DNA of 64,000 nt from Octopus sinensis (GCF_006345805.1 NC_043005.1:59334001-59398000), one strand, 5' to 3'; positions 1 through 13,924 are shown, counted from the first letter of the stretch. The notes: generated from the letters alone by a model not told the origin. Translations and numbers: made by a program.

Positions 1-156
1 TTATACTTAGCTGGCACCAGATAATATCTTTCTATTTACGCGACTGGTACGAAGTGAAGGCAATTTCATTATCGTATACGGAAGAAAATACATTTCCATG
101 CTTCCAAACAGCAGTATGAATCTTGGAACTATATGATTTCAAAATAATCTTCTTAC

Positions 157-222
157 CCATACGGCCATTCGTGCACACCGAACAATTTGAAAAATACTTT
201 TATCAGTATTAATATACGCTAT
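157..222 (-). CDS. candidate exon of unidentified minus-strand gene (IAYINTDKSIFQIVRCARMAVW)
   Basis: Acceptor ttttag and donor gtaaga; 66 nt open in phase 0; joins the 287-353 exon in frame across a 64-nt intron. Confidence 0.6.
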
Positions 223-286
223 CTAAAAATACAGACCCATAATATGCTTCCTTCTTCAAACAATGTTTCTTTTAAGCCTCACTTAC

Positions 287-353
287 CCGCATACAATCCC
301 TAATAAAATCAATAATCGATATCGTGTAGGAGTCTTGGCTGCAGTGAAATTCT
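287..353 (-). CDS. candidate exon (EFHCSQDSYTISIIDFIRDCMR), phase 2 to 0
   Basis: Acceptor cattttag and donor gtaagt; only this frame stays open when spliced to 157-222. Confidence 0.6.
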
Positions 354-611
354 CTAAAATGTGATAAAAATGTAACACTAAAAGAAGATTTCTAATATTT
401 TTTCCAATTAAAAAGTTTGTATGTAAGTATATATCTGTTCGTGTGTGTGTGTAGTTTGATGCAATCTGAAGAATTCAATAGCAAACTTTTATTGATAATA
501 TGTACTTTCAATTATTCTATTGAAAACCATCCTTCTTTAAGGGATACATTAAAAGTGCTTAAACTTTCGACCTCTTCTAGTGAACTTTTACACACACACA
601 CACACACACAC

Positions 612-645
<34 letters not shown>

Positions 646-768
646 CAGGGATGGCCATAAGTCGCTTTACTCATTTCTTTATTATCATTAGAAATGGGTA
701 AAGCGATTTATGCCTATCCCTGTATATATGTTTTTGTATGCGTGCGCGCATTGTGATATATGTATTTT

Positions 769-814
<46 letters not shown>

Positions 815-1054
815 AATATATACATGTATGTATGTATATATATATATATATACTACTAATATTAGGGAGTATAACTCCAAACTTACAAGGATTATTCAAT
901 TTAGTATTAAATCAAATTTTACAGTATAAATATATAAAATATAAATTAGAGATAAACCCACTATTATACAACTCAAAGTGTGATAGACATAAATCAATAG
1001 TGGTTTTATCTCTAATTTATATTTTATATATATATATATATATATGTTTATTTA

Positions 1055-1343
1055 TGCGCCCTTGTCAAGCCTAGCCAGGCTCATGGGCCCGGTTTCTGTG
1101 GCGTATGTGTTCCCCCCAGCTAGACAGGACGCCAGTCCATCGCAGCGTTACTCAAGAAACAGGAAGACAGAGTGAAAGAAAGTTGGGCGAGAGAGTAGAA
1201 CAGCGGTCGCCCCCACCTCTGCCGGAGCCTCGTGAAGCTTTTAGGTGTTTTCGGTCAATAAACACACAACGCCCAGTCTGGGAATCGAAACCGCGATCCT
1301 CCGTCCGCGAGTCCGCTGCTCTAACCACTGGGCCATTGCACCT

Positions 1344-1346
<3 letters not shown>
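1055..1346 (-). mobile_element. tRNA-derived SINE, family C
   Basis: Head tggaggtgcaatggcccagtggttagagc...ggtttcgattccc with A/B boxes; homologous to 9892-10196 and 30110-30400. Confidence 0.85.
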
Positions 1347-1432
<86 letters not shown>

Positions 1433-1467
1433 TATATATATATATTATAATATATATATATAATATA

Positions 1468-1540
<73 letters not shown>

Positions 1541-1879
1541 ATGCGTGCTTGTGTGTGTTTTATATTTGTGTACTTATGTAGAAAGATAGAAATTATGACT
1601 ATATTCTAATTTATGCATTTACTTTTGGAATTTTTCGTATCTGCATATCAGGTTCATATATATAAAAGAGGAATAAAGCTTTAGAAATAATTTTTATTAA
1701 CGTGTCCAGGCTACTTCAGCCATATTTTCAGGATATGGAGCGGTGCTGGCTTCTTTAGTATTCCATTTTGTAGTGAGTTGCATTTTTATGTACTCTTTTC
1801 ATCCAGAATTTTGTTTGTGTGTGTGTGCGTGTGCAGATTTTACCGCTTACGTAGAAAGACACACATATAATGCCTACAA

Positions 1880-2400
1880 AATCTTTATGACTACAAAATG
1901 TCACATTTTAGGAAATTCTTTCCCATAAATGAAAATCATAAAATAAACACCAATTAATAATGGATATTCAAAGGAGGTAGACCAAGGTATTGAAGAATAA
2001 ATATGCAACACAGTGATAAATGCATTAGACAGCGCTATTTCTAAAAGTACACGTATAATACACACGGTTCACTATATGAATCGCCTACTTTGAAAAGCAC
2101 ATAAAACGAAAATGACACATCAACTCATAAAATGACACTATAATAATAATAATATGTAACAAAACTTTAACATAAAGAAAAATGTTCCTCTTAATCTACT
2201 AAACAGCACAAACATGTAAATAACAAAACGAGCTTAAAATGTCCAATTCAATTTATAAAGTTGACTGCAAAAATAACAGGTGCATACTGTTATATTGGCC
2301 AGATAATTACAACAATCTCCTTTTGGTTGCGATATATTTACAATGAGCTATTATCAAAGCACAGCATCATATGCCATAGAACAAAGCCAGATAGTAAAAT
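1880..2400 (+). pseudogene. degenerate Penelope-like GIY-YIG endonuclease remnant
   Basis: Broken frames give K(E)KCPLN, IYKVDCK, CYIGQ and ELLSKH, the motif order of the Penelope C-terminus. Confidence 0.4.
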
Positions 2401-2857
2401 ATTAGCAGATGGTACATGCATAGCTTATATAATTTCCCAGAAACACACGATCGATTGTGGAAACAATACTCCTATCACAACATAAGGCTGTGCAATTAAT
2501 ACTCAAACAATGTACACTTGTGACATGTAGATTTTTTCGGTCAAAATACGAATCGGATGATGTACAACAAACCAAACAGGAAAAATTCTAGCTGTAAAGT
2601 CCACAGAAACCAAGACTATATACGACAAGAAGAGGCAGTAGAGAAGCTAGCACAACTGCATATCCTGAAAATTGGTAACATATAACTGTAAGAACTTATA
2701 AAAAATGAATTTGGGAATTAATTGTTCTAAAAAATCTTCATGGGTCTGATGCACAAAATGAAGTTACCATATAAAAAGAAAAAGAGTTTAAGAGCCATGT
2801 TTTCAATACATAAGGTTTGAAAAACTGTTCCTCATACATATATACATGAATGCATAC

Positions 2858-2897
<40 letters not shown>

Positions 2898-3169
2898 ATC
2901 CATCCATCCATCCATCCACCCATCCACACACACACACACACACACATACACACATGTATATAGGCTCCCGGGTTCATTCCCACTGCGTCATGTACTATAG
3001 TTCCAGATCAACCAAAGCCTTGTGTGTAGATTTAGTAGGCAGAAACTAAGTTGTGTGTATGTATATGTATATATATGTATATATATTTATATATATATAT
3101 GTATATATATGTATATATATATGTGTGTATATATATATGTGTGTATATATATATATGCATATATAAATA

Positions 3170-3218
<49 letters not shown>

Positions 3219-3592
3219 TTACATACATACACACACACGAACACACATACACACGCACACACACATACATATATATATATATTGCGTAAATCGAAGTAGA
3301 TGACAGATTTTCGTTGGGAATACAAAATACATAAAAAATTTATCGAAACATTAGGTTTCAGGCGCTCCAATATTGCAATCCAAAGAAAAACCGTAGTACA
3401 AAACCGTACGATTGTTTCAGAGAATGCGTTTGTATCGGGCGAATTTTCCAGCCAATAACAATAGTCGCATTTCTCTCATCAGAGGTACAAAAAAAGAACA
3501 TGAACATATATATATATATTTATAAATTTAACCATTAAAGGTATTTTTTAATATGCTGGCCATTGATAGAATTTTATCCTACATTAGATGTT

Positions 3593-3660
<68 letters not shown>

Positions 3661-3939
3661 GCTAGACCACTGGTGTTAAATTGATGTTATTAAATTAATA
3701 TCCAATTTTTCACCCTCATTTTAATTTTAATATATATATACATATATGTTCATGTGTCGGTATTTGTCCATCACTTGACAACCGATGCTGGTGTGTTTAT
3801 GTCCCTGTAAGTTTGTGGTTCTGCAAAAGTGACCGAAAGAATAAGTACTAGGATTACAAAGAATGTGTCCTGAGGTCTATTCGTTCGACTAAAGGCGGTG
3901 CCCCAGTATGGCCGCAATCAAATGATCGATACAAGTAAA

Positions 3940-3970
<31 letters not shown>

Positions 3971-4597
3971 GTGTGTGTGTATGTGTGTAAGCGTTCGTTG
4001 AAAAGATAGAAAGCGAAAACATACCATCATGGATGGTGTCCAAACTGCAGTGGACAAGGCAAACCACCGGATATGGTTAAAAAGAGACGATGAGCAATGT
4101 GTAGAAGAATGATAAGCGGAGCCACCTTTCAGTGAGTGGGGCCGGTGCGTAATGTTGTCGTCGAGAGGACGACCCGGAAATGGAGCGCATTCTCTCCTGA
4201 TGTTCCTGTAAGCTTGCTAGCATCTGGTATGCTGAACTTTCAACTGGTAGCAGTAGCAGCTGCAAGTTGTTTGAAAAAAACAAACAAACAAAGAATCTAT
4301 TATGACGTCATTCAACTGTTGTCGTCGTGGTGACTGTTTGTCAAACTTAAAATGTGTGTGTATTTGTTTGTATATATGTTTGTCCTGTTGAAAATAGGTA
4401 TAGTGAATTGTAAATATCACGTGGAGTGGATTCCCGATCTCGGTATTTTTTCTGGGATGAATTTAGTTATGCTTGCAAATTTGGCTGAAAATAATTACTA
4501 ATACTACCAAAATCTTAGCCTTTATCTGTCGTCTATTTCATTATCATTTAAACCTTGAAGACTTTTTTTTTAAATTAAAAGCAAATAATTATAATAC

Positions 4598-4726
4598 GTG
4601 GAATTTCTACTGACTACGTTTGTCAATATGCATATTCCAGTCTCCAGTCTTTCTTTTATAATATCATCTTCGCATTGAAACAGAGATGTAAATATTTCAG
4701 CCAATCCATAGTCGATAGTTGTATCA
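4598..4726 (-). CDS. candidate exon (DTTIDYGLAEIFTSLFQCEDDIIKERLETGICILTNVVSRNS), phase 2-2
   Basis: Acceptor tttttcag, weak donor gtatta; 129 nt open; phase-compatible with 8296-8367 and 287-353. Confidence 0.35.
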
Positions 4727-6714
4727 CTGAAAAATCATGTCCTCAGGGTAAGGTGCTCCAACGATATTTAAAATAACTCGATGATTCTTCTGTTAGACAT
4801 TCTTATTATTACTGTTACTGAAAACATTAAATGAGTTGTATGAAGCTGACATCGAAGTAATAGTGTTATCGGGAATTAATGACAGCTCATTTGCATTCAT
4901 ATTTGTAAATACAATAATTTATTGAAGTTTTAAAATGCTGAAAGAATCTGATAATATTCACTACTCTATTGAATCAGACAATAACTTACTTGTTAAATAC
5001 ATATTTTATATAATTTGCAAGCTAAATTTATTTTCTTTTAAACTTCCGATGAACAAGTTTGTCACTCAGTTAAATTACCTTTTATAAAAGTACAAAGATA
5101 AACTCAAATACTCAACAAGTTTACATCTGTTCATAAATCGTGTTCAAACAATAAACATGACGTATGGATTATAAAAATGTCTTTATCAATCTAAAACTCT
5201 TCATAAAGTAATTCATATTGATGTATTTAATGAGAATCAAGGCTGCGCTTGCAAAATATACATTCATCTCTGGCTACACGTAATGCATTACTGAAATTTT
5301 AGGATCTTTTCCGTTTGCTTCCAATCATTTAAAGGCTTTTCAATTCTCAATGGATTGTTTTCAAATTTTCAACTCATGCAGTTTTGCATGTCGATGACGA
5401 ATATTACTTGCATTTCCCCGAAAACTTTGTAATTAACAAGAAAGAAGCATTTTAAGATATATATTTTTAGCCAATGAAATTAGCTCAAGGTTTTCACAAG
5501 TGGAAATCAAAACTGTTTGCTGCCATATTTGCTATGGCAACAAGCTATCGTTGAGAAGGCAGATAAGAGAGGTGTGAAAATTGAATAGGTCTTTTAAATA
5601 AAGAATCTAATGAAAGCAAACGTAAAATAAGACTCATTTTAAAGTAGGAATTTAATGGGGAAAAAAAAGAGAGATTTAAATCAGTAGGATTTAATTGAAA
5701 GAAAACAATGATTAAATATTTCCGACCTGCTGCTAGAAATAATTGCCAAAATGAAACGAAAACACATACACTGTCAATAAAAGAAGACAATGTTGAAACA
5801 AATTAATACAACAGAATGTTATGAAATTAACGAAACTAAGATATCCACCGCAGTGTCTTTTGAAACAAGTCTTCTTTTTCATACCTGCGGTGCTATGCAA
5901 TCTTGCAGATACGAGTCCATTGTAGAACGGTTAGTGCCATCGCGCCATTTATTCCCTCGCTCAAAACAGGTACAAGTGCTTTGTACATGTTTAGTATGGG
6001 TTTACAAACTCAAAATTGTGGTTCACCGTTCTATAGCGAAACTGGCATCCTGGTATTTCAGGAATATGCCAAGTAGGTACGCCAAAGGTCACTGTAAGTC
6101 GTTGATACCGGCGGAATTGATTGACGAACGCGTTCTTCGAGTGTATTACGATCTCCAGAAGGTACGACAGAAAAAAAAAGATCCTCTGCTCAGACCTTCT
6201 GTAAATAATTTTCGTAATCTACTCCCGCACCAATCTCTTTTTCTTCACAAAACGTACTCTCCTCAGCTCTTTGACCAAGCAGCAGATAAATAATATTATT
6301 CTTCCGAATGAAAGGGTTCCCCTTTCCAACCACGTGCTCTTCTAATAGACTCAGACTCCCGGCATTATCTCCTGCTACATGTTCGTTATACGCAGTCAGA
6401 GAATTAATGAAGGAAGTGGAGTTGCCATGACAAGGAACAGTTTCGACTTCTTCTGTGAGGACAGTGGTTTAAAATTCATTGGCTGAAAATATACGTAAGT
6501 TTGATTGCTTCTAACTTCTTTATGATAAAATTTTCAAAATAATAACTACGATATTCGTCATCCGTAAGCAAAACTATATCAAAAGCGCATGCTTTTGAAA
6601 ATTTCCAGATTAAGATTTGCGATTGGAAGATAACGGAAAAGATGCTGATTTATATTAAATTTCAAAGAAATAAAATTTGAAAAGAAATAAAAGGAAATTC
6701 TTACTTTACTATAC

Positions 6715-7135
6715 TAGAGTTAATATTGATTTCAAATTTTGGCCTGCGACCAACAATTTGGGGGAAGAAGGTAAATCGATTACATCCACCGCGATACGCA
6801 ACTGGTACTTATTTTATCTACGAAGGAAAAATAAAAAAGCAAAGTTGACCTTGGCGGAATTTGACTTCAGAACTTGAAGCCGACGGAATGTCATCGAGCA
6901 TCTTACCTGGCGTGCTAACGACTCTCTCAGCTGGCCGCCTTAAGTAGATTTAATATTGGTTTCACATTTTGGCACAAGGCCAGCATTTTCGGGTGTGGGA
7001 TCCAATAGATTACATCTACCCCAGTGCTCAACTGGTACTTATTTCATTGACCCCAGAAGGATGAAAGGCAGAGTCTATCTCGGCGAAATTTGAACAAAAC
7101 GTAAAGAGGGACGATTCTGCCTGCTCGCCGCCTTA
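6715..7135 (-). mobile_element. two older SINE-A copies (short-tail subfamily, one internally deleted)
   Basis: Core aactggtactta..gaaaggatgaaaggc..gaatttgaac and head ctcgccgcctt. Confidence 0.75.
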
Positions 7136-7145
7136 AACACGGTCT

Positions 7146-7730
7146 AATATTCTTTTCTACTCTAGGCACAAGGCACGAAATTTGGGGGGAGAAGGCCAGT
7201 CGATTAGATCGACCCAGTTGCAACTGGTACTTAATTTATCGACCCCGAAAGATGAAAGGCAAAGTCGACCTCGGTGGAATTTGAACTCAGAACGTAAAGA
7301 CAGACGTAATACCTATTTCTTTACTACACACAAGGGGCTAAACACAGAGAGGACAAAAAAGGACAGACAAACGGATTAAGTCGATTATATCGACCCCAGT
7401 GCGTAACTGGTACTTATTTAATCGACCCCGAAAGGATGAAAGGCAAAGTCGACCTCGGCGGAATTTGAACCCAGAACGTAAAGACAGACGAAATACCTAT
7501 TTCTTTACTACACACAAGGGGCTAAACACAGAGAGGACAAACAAGGACAGACAAACGGATTAAGTCGATTATATCGACCCCAGTGCGTAACTGGTACTTA
7601 TTTAATCGACCCCGAAAGGATGAAAGGCAAAGTCGACCTCGGCGGAATTTGAACTCAGAACGTAACGGCGGACGAAATAACACAAAGCATTTCGCCCGGT
7701 GTGCTAACGTTTCTGCTAGCTCGCCGCCTT
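7146..7730 (-). mobile_element. SINE-A head-to-tail trimer (184-bp internal period) flanked by TSD aacacggtct
   Basis: Junctions aatac|ctatttc at 7312/7313 and 7496/7497; TSD at 7136-7145 and 7731-7740. Confidence 0.9.
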
Positions 7731-8295
7731 AACACGGTCTTTTCATGTTCGTTTTAATAAAGTCTAAAGTATAGTTTGCTTGATTAATAAAGTAATTTAA
7801 TTAATATTATACTAGATGCATCATTAATGATTGCTTTCTGAAGTAATGTACTTTCTGTGAAGTGCGTCTATACACATTTGCATACCTTACCACAGTACAT
7901 GGAATATTTTAAACTTCGCATAAAAAAGATAAATGCTATTATTTGTTGCTATTGCAAGGCTTATTGGCTCATACCTTCTCGTACTCATTTAGTTAATAAT
8001 CTGCATATTATTGTTATGTTAATAAATTATTCATCCACCAAGAATTTACTCCACTAAATTATATTTACATATTTTAAAGTATATGTGTGTAGAATTATTG
8101 ACTTTTACTCAAAGAGCTATATTTTCGCGACCAGGTTTTAAATTTAAGATAACTTTTTATTTGCATGGAACATTAAAAGCTACTGGAACCCTTGGTCGGA
8201 AGCATAATGGTTGGTGTCTACAGTTTAAAATATGAAATAGTGGTTGACTGAGCTGTGGTATACAAAAAAAAAAAACCCACAGATCGTTGAAATAC

Positions 8296-8367
8296 GTCTC
8301 CTCGTTCGTGTTAAGATTCTGTTCAACATCCGAATACTTAGTGCTTAACGGATAATTCCATGTAAAT
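8296..8367 (-). CDS. candidate exon (FTWNYPLSTKYSDVEQNLNTNEE), phase 2-2
   Basis: Pyrimidine-rich acceptor ttttgtttcacatag and donor gtattt; 72 nt with one open frame. Confidence 0.4.
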
Positions 8368-9852
8368 CTATGTGAAACAAAAGAACTTTTTACTCAGTCA
8401 CAAGACAGTAGGAAGATTTAGAAACATATCTTCTGACTTATCATCTAATTAACCGTTCTAAAAAGTAGCGTTTGTAGGGTTTCGGATCTTTTTGACGGGA
8501 AGCAATTGATCGATTACAACAGCTTCTGTAATCGACTGATATTTTATTGTATTTTATGAATGGCAAAGTTGGTCTCAGTGGGTTTTGAGCCCAGAAAGTA
8601 CAGAACCTAAAGATAAAACGCAGGAAAGTTTGCCCAACGTTCTAACAATTCAGCCAAACAGACACCACTGATTTGAATCTGCTTGGTAGTCCTCTAAAGG
8701 GCATCTGTTAAGGGGCAACAGCTGTAGCTAAGGCATACAGAGATTCGCGGAGAGCTGGTCCTTAGACAAGTGTCACATACGTATGCCGATTGGTGTGTAG
8801 ACATGCTTAAATGTCACGTGAACCAGACTAAGAGTTGAATAGGCTCTTGCGTGAAGGGTAAGGTTAGAGGAGCGGGGAACTAGTATAATACACCTTAAAG
8901 GAACCGGCAGTGTCAATGGGAAAACACTGCTGTATCTTGTATCTTTCCTAGAAAAATTCTAGCTCTTCAGACAGCGGCACATGAGTCAGTGCTCATTGAT
9001 ATATTTCGACTAATCAGATGAAGAGGGGGTGAAAGAGAAGAGAAGAGACGTGTATAAGTCTCAAGTTAGGTTATAAAATTATTGTAATATTTCCATAGCT
9101 TCAATTTTACTTACTGAGAGATATGATAGAAAAATATTTCAACAAGTACTAGGGTCGGTGTAGTCAGCTAAACATCCAAATCTGTAGCCTTGTACGGAAG
9201 TTAGAAATGAATATTCTCATCTTTACTGTAAGCGTAAACCGGTGATAATTTCATACCCTTAGTCGACCACTAAATGAACACACATACATATGTGTGTGTT
9301 TGTGTGTGCGCATTATGCATGTATGTGTGTGTGTAGGACCTTTATCGGTCAATGAACTTATATCTCAACTCAGTAGATGTATGTGCAGGATTGTTCAAGA
9401 AATTTCATGGAAAACTATCGGTTCTCCATGCATACAATCTTTCTCCTCGCTACCAATGTTGAACCCGAGAGAAAATATGGTTGGCATCACTGTCGTCGCA
9501 GTCGTTACTCTCAGAATAATAAGAATAAAGGGCCGAGGCAATACTGCAAGACATCTTATCCAGCCCTCTAACTATTCCGCCAGTCAACTGCTCTAGAAGG
9601 TTACTTCTTAATCCATCTCCGAAAGGATGAAATCAAAATTGACCTTGACCGGATTTGAACTCAGAGGGAAGAGTGTCGCAACAAATACCAAGAGGCGTTC
9701 CATCCACACTGTAACGACTCTGACAAATTGTTTTACAACTGTGTATCTGTGTGCGTGAATGTGTGCTTATATACACACGCATGTATACATACATACGTAC
9801 ATATACATACATACATATACACATACACACACACATAAATGTGCATATATAT

Positions 9853-9891
<39 letters not shown>

Positions 9892-9895
<4 letters not shown>

Positions 9896-10196
9896 GTGAT
9901 CACGTGACCGACCAGACCATCAGATGTTGTTACACATCGCTGGTCACAATGCGTTCGCATTGTTTTAGACTTCGAATGACGCCACCCCGCTGGCTAAGCG
10001 AGCAGGCCAACGGAATAAAGAGTGGGAGAAAGAGTGGTGAAAGAGTACAGCAGGGATCACCACCCCCTGCCGGAGCCTCGTGGAGCTTTTAGGTGTTTTC
10101 GCTCAATAAACACACACAACGCCCGGTCTAGGAATCGAAACCGCGATCCTGCGACCGCGAGTCCGCTGCCCTAACCACTAGGCCATTGCGCCTCCA
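9892..10196 (-). mobile_element. tRNA-derived SINE, family C (alternative 3' tail)
   Basis: Same head as 1055-1346 but a different tail ending ...gtcggtcacgtgatcacc; this tail is also present at 45293-45410. Confidence 0.85.
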
Positions 10197-10215
10197 CACA
10201 CACACACAACACACA

Positions 10216-10260
<45 letters not shown>

Positions 10261-10559
10261 ATTATATATGTGTGTATGTATGGTGTGTGTGTGTGTGTTG
10301 TGTATATATGTTTGTTTGTATGTATGCATTTCTTTCGTCGTTGTTTCTTACTGAGGAAGGCTTAAGAGCCAGAAACGCACCTGGGAGTCCGATAGCGGGA
10401 GATACTGATCAGATATTTTGGTTTTACACCTTTTACCATAAGTGAGATTTTTCTTTACGGTAACTGCTGTACATTTGCCTTTAGAATTTGAAATATGTCA
10501 CAGACATAATTTAACTAAATTTCGTTTATTCCTCATTACTGCTTAGCTCTGATACCACT

Positions 10560-11220
10560 CTATACATACATACATACATACATACATACATACATACATA
10601 CATACATACATACATACATACACACATACATACATACATACATACAATCTATTGCATCTCTTGCTCTCTGCTACTCCCCTTCCCTTCTTCCCTCTTTCTC
10701 CCTCCCTCTTCCCCTTCCCTCTGCTCCCTCTCTCCCCTTCCTTCTCCCCCATCCTCTCCTCTTCCCCCTTCTCCCCCCTCTTCTTCCCCTCCCCTTCTCC
10801 CCCCCTCTTCTCCCCCTCCCCTCTTCTCCTCACTACACTACATGACTTTACACATCACATCACATATGATGTGCCATACTAATACACACACCAACTAATA
10901 CATACTAATACGTACTAATACATACTAGTACATACTAATACTTACACCAACCCTATACATACACACGTCCAGACCCCGCATACGCACTTATACTCTCTCT
11001 CACACACACACACCTATACATACCAATACGTACTAATACATACTAATACATACACCAACCCCATACATACGCACGTCCAGACCAATCCTACGCACTAATA
11101 CTCTCTCATAACACACACACCACACACCACACACCCTTATACATACTAATACAACACCAACCTATACATACACACATCCAGACCCCTCCCACGCACTTTT
11201 AGCTGGTCCCTCAACCCATT
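10560..11220. repeat. compound simple repeats: (TACA)n, a polypyrimidine tract and three imperfect ~105-bp units
   Basis: caccaacc(c)tatacatac..cagacc recurs at 10945, 11053 and 11155. Confidence 0.8.
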
Positions 11221-11532
11221 TATCAACCCTATTATCTCCCCTTATTTCGCTCTCGCGTCTCATGTTTGATCTTTGACCTCTGGCCGAAATCAGATCGCCA
11301 TGTTGATTCGTTAGCTACTGCACGCATTTTTTTTCTCTCCTTCTTTCTGTGTTTTTCTCTCTCTGTGTATCTTTCTGTTGAAGAGCGTAGGCTCGAAACG
11401 TTAAAGACTTGTTTTATTTATATTTCCTGAGCGCCATACTAATACAATTGTTCGTTTGTTTCCCACCTGCCTTCGTCTTTTGTTTATTTTCATAAAGCTT
11501 CCCGTTACATACATACATACATACATTCATAA

Positions 11533-11565
<33 letters not shown>

Positions 11566-11642
11566 TATACACACACATATATATATAGTGTGTGTGTGTG
11601 CGTGCATGTACACACGACGTACACGCAGTTATATATTCTTAC

Positions 11643-11750
11643 CTTCGCTTTTTTAGCGTTGTGCTGAAGAAAATAACTTAAATAGATTACATTTCTGGTG
11701 ACTGAGGCGTCAGCAGTAATTTTAGTGTAGATAATGGTGAATGGAGAAAG
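11643..11750 (-). CDS. candidate exon (LSPFTIIYTKITADASVTRNVIYLSYFLQHNAKKAK), phase 0-0
   Basis: (CT)n..tctctgtag acceptor and AAG|gtaaga donor; 108 nt; the other two frames are closed. Confidence 0.6.
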
Positions 11751-11765
11751 CTACAGAGATACACA

Positions 11766-11816
<51 letters not shown>

Positions 11817-12959
11817 GTGAGGAGAAAAGAAGAAAAAGAGAACCGGAGATAGATGCAAAGAGAAAACATGGTTGGAAAAAAATGGCTACAAAGAAAATAC
11901 AGTCTAAAAAAAGGTATAGAGTATTTGCAGCTGGAATGTCTTATATTGTAAGTCTTCACAATGAGAGTTGGGACTAAACACAATCACTGCCAACACTATC
12001 AACAACAACAACAGTTGCACTTTAACTCGACTATTGGGAAACCAGGCAAAGGAACCGTATGCTTTTAAGTTCTGACACACTCAACATAAAAAAAATCTAT
12101 AGTCACTCTTCTAAATTTCGAGGGAGGGCATGAATGTTAAAACCGTTCTATTTCCTCAAGTCGTGGTTTTTGAGCCACCACATCAGCATTCCTTGAGTAA
12201 ATTCTATGATCAAATGCGGTCGAGTTCTTACCCTACAGTCATTTTTGAGGTTTATATAAAACTTTATATTTTTTTTTTCATAGTCTTTTCTTTATTTTTT
12301 CCACGGCGGTATAGCGGTGATATATAAAAAAAAATTTTCTTGTGCATAGCCCAGTACGTTGAAACAGGGATTTCTTTCATAATACTGCAATCATCATGTC
12401 ACGAACAAGAATTTTACTTTCAGACAAATTCTTATAGATAAACTTTTTTAATGACAAAAAGTTGCAGGAAAATTTCTTTTTTGCAAAGGTCTTTTGCGTC
12501 TCTCCTAAAAATCTCGTAGCGTATCTTTACTAACCATGTGTTTTATACATTCACTGTCATTACGACATTGTATGCTTAGATGCACATTACCTACTATTAC
12601 TACTATCTTGTAGCTCAGGTAAGTACGCTGCATCGAGTTCCTTGACTTGCTATTTTTTATAGTTCTTCATGCCTAGAGAAAAAAAAAAACAAGAGAAAAA
12701 CAAACAATAAAGAAACTGTTTTCCTAGTATCGCAAGTGATGGGTTGTGACACATATATTCTTCGAGAATATATATCAGTGTGATGCTTGTAAAAAAAAAA
12801 ACTGTTGTATACATCATTTTATACGTGAGTTATAATGTCTGTACGGCCAGTACATTGTTGATGGTTGCATAGATTGTATGATGTGTGTCACCGAGGCAGG
12901 TGATAGCTTTACGATCGTTGAAAGAAAAGTTGCAATAAAGATCACTACCATTATCTTCA

Positions 12960-13009
12960 TCAACGCTGTAGCCACCACCTACACCACCACCACCACCACC
13001 ACCACCACC

Positions 13010-13043
<34 letters not shown>

Positions 13044-13050
13044 ACATCAC

Positions 13051-13092
<42 letters not shown>

Positions 13093-13375
13093 TATCATCA
13101 TCATCATCATCGTTGCCGTCATCGTTGTATCATCACAACTATCAGTACCATTTTCCTCCTTTTCTTTTCCCTCCTTCTTCTTCACCTCATCCACTTCTTC
13201 CTCCCGTCCTCCTCCTCGTCCTCCTCCTCGTCCTCCCCCTTCTCCTCGTCCTCCCCCTCGTCGTCCTTCTCCTCGTCCTCGTTTTCGTTCTCCCCCTCAT
13301 CCTCAGCGTCCTCGTCGTCGTCGTCTTCCTCCTCCTCCTCCCCCTCTCCTCCTACTCATCATCATCATCGCCTGG
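12960..13375. repeat. compound trinucleotide microsatellite (CAC/CAT/CCT/CGT)
   Basis: Direct reading; accounts for the poly-T/I/P/M ORFs in the track. Confidence 0.95.
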
Positions 13376-13924
13376 TGCAACACCTGCATCTCCAACATAG
13401 CAGCTACAATCTTCCTCGCACAACCCTACTAAGAAATATAAGACACGAATACGAAAAAAAGAACCAAAATTTATGAGGGTGATCGCTATTTCTGTCATAT
13501 CAAGAGACGATATCGGTACTTTAGCCGGTTTGTGTGTGTATGGTATGGTTAATTGGTTAGTAGGTTAGTTGGTTGGCTGGTTGGTTGGTCGGTTTGTTGG
13601 TTCGTTAATTAGTTGGCTAGTTAGTAATTCATTTAGTCAGTTTGTTAGTAAGATATTTATCTAATTAATTATTTAGGTAGATATGAAGGTGGATATGCCA
13701 TATGAAGGTAACTGTGGATATGCCATATGAAGGTAACTGTGCCATAGCAATGGAGTTTCATGATAACGTAATTGAAGAAATGGACCTAGTTTCGAACTTA
13801 GTTTGGCATTATGCTTTGAATCAAACGACATTTTCACAATAGTTTGGATTGAGGGCTAGCTGCTATCATTGCTTAGGCATCGGATGGAACGTTTTGTAAC
13901 ATCTGTTCCCGTTCTCACCATATG

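Noticed and set aside
7146-7730. CRISPR-like regular repeats
   Set aside because: The units are 184-bp SINE bodies with no unique spacers, in eukaryotic DNA with no cas genes.
10546-10557. TGGTATCAGAGC on the minus strand, resembling an LTR primer-binding site
   Set aside because: It matches the plant-type iMet PBS, is not preceded by an LTR ending in CA and has no gag/pol next to it.
12878-13432. 184-aa poly-T/I/P ORF
   Set aside because: It is a compound trinucleotide repeat that is open in several frames on both strands.
13689-13739. 25-bp direct duplication gtggatatgccatatgaaggtaact
   Set aside because: Ordinary slippage duplication with no further structure.
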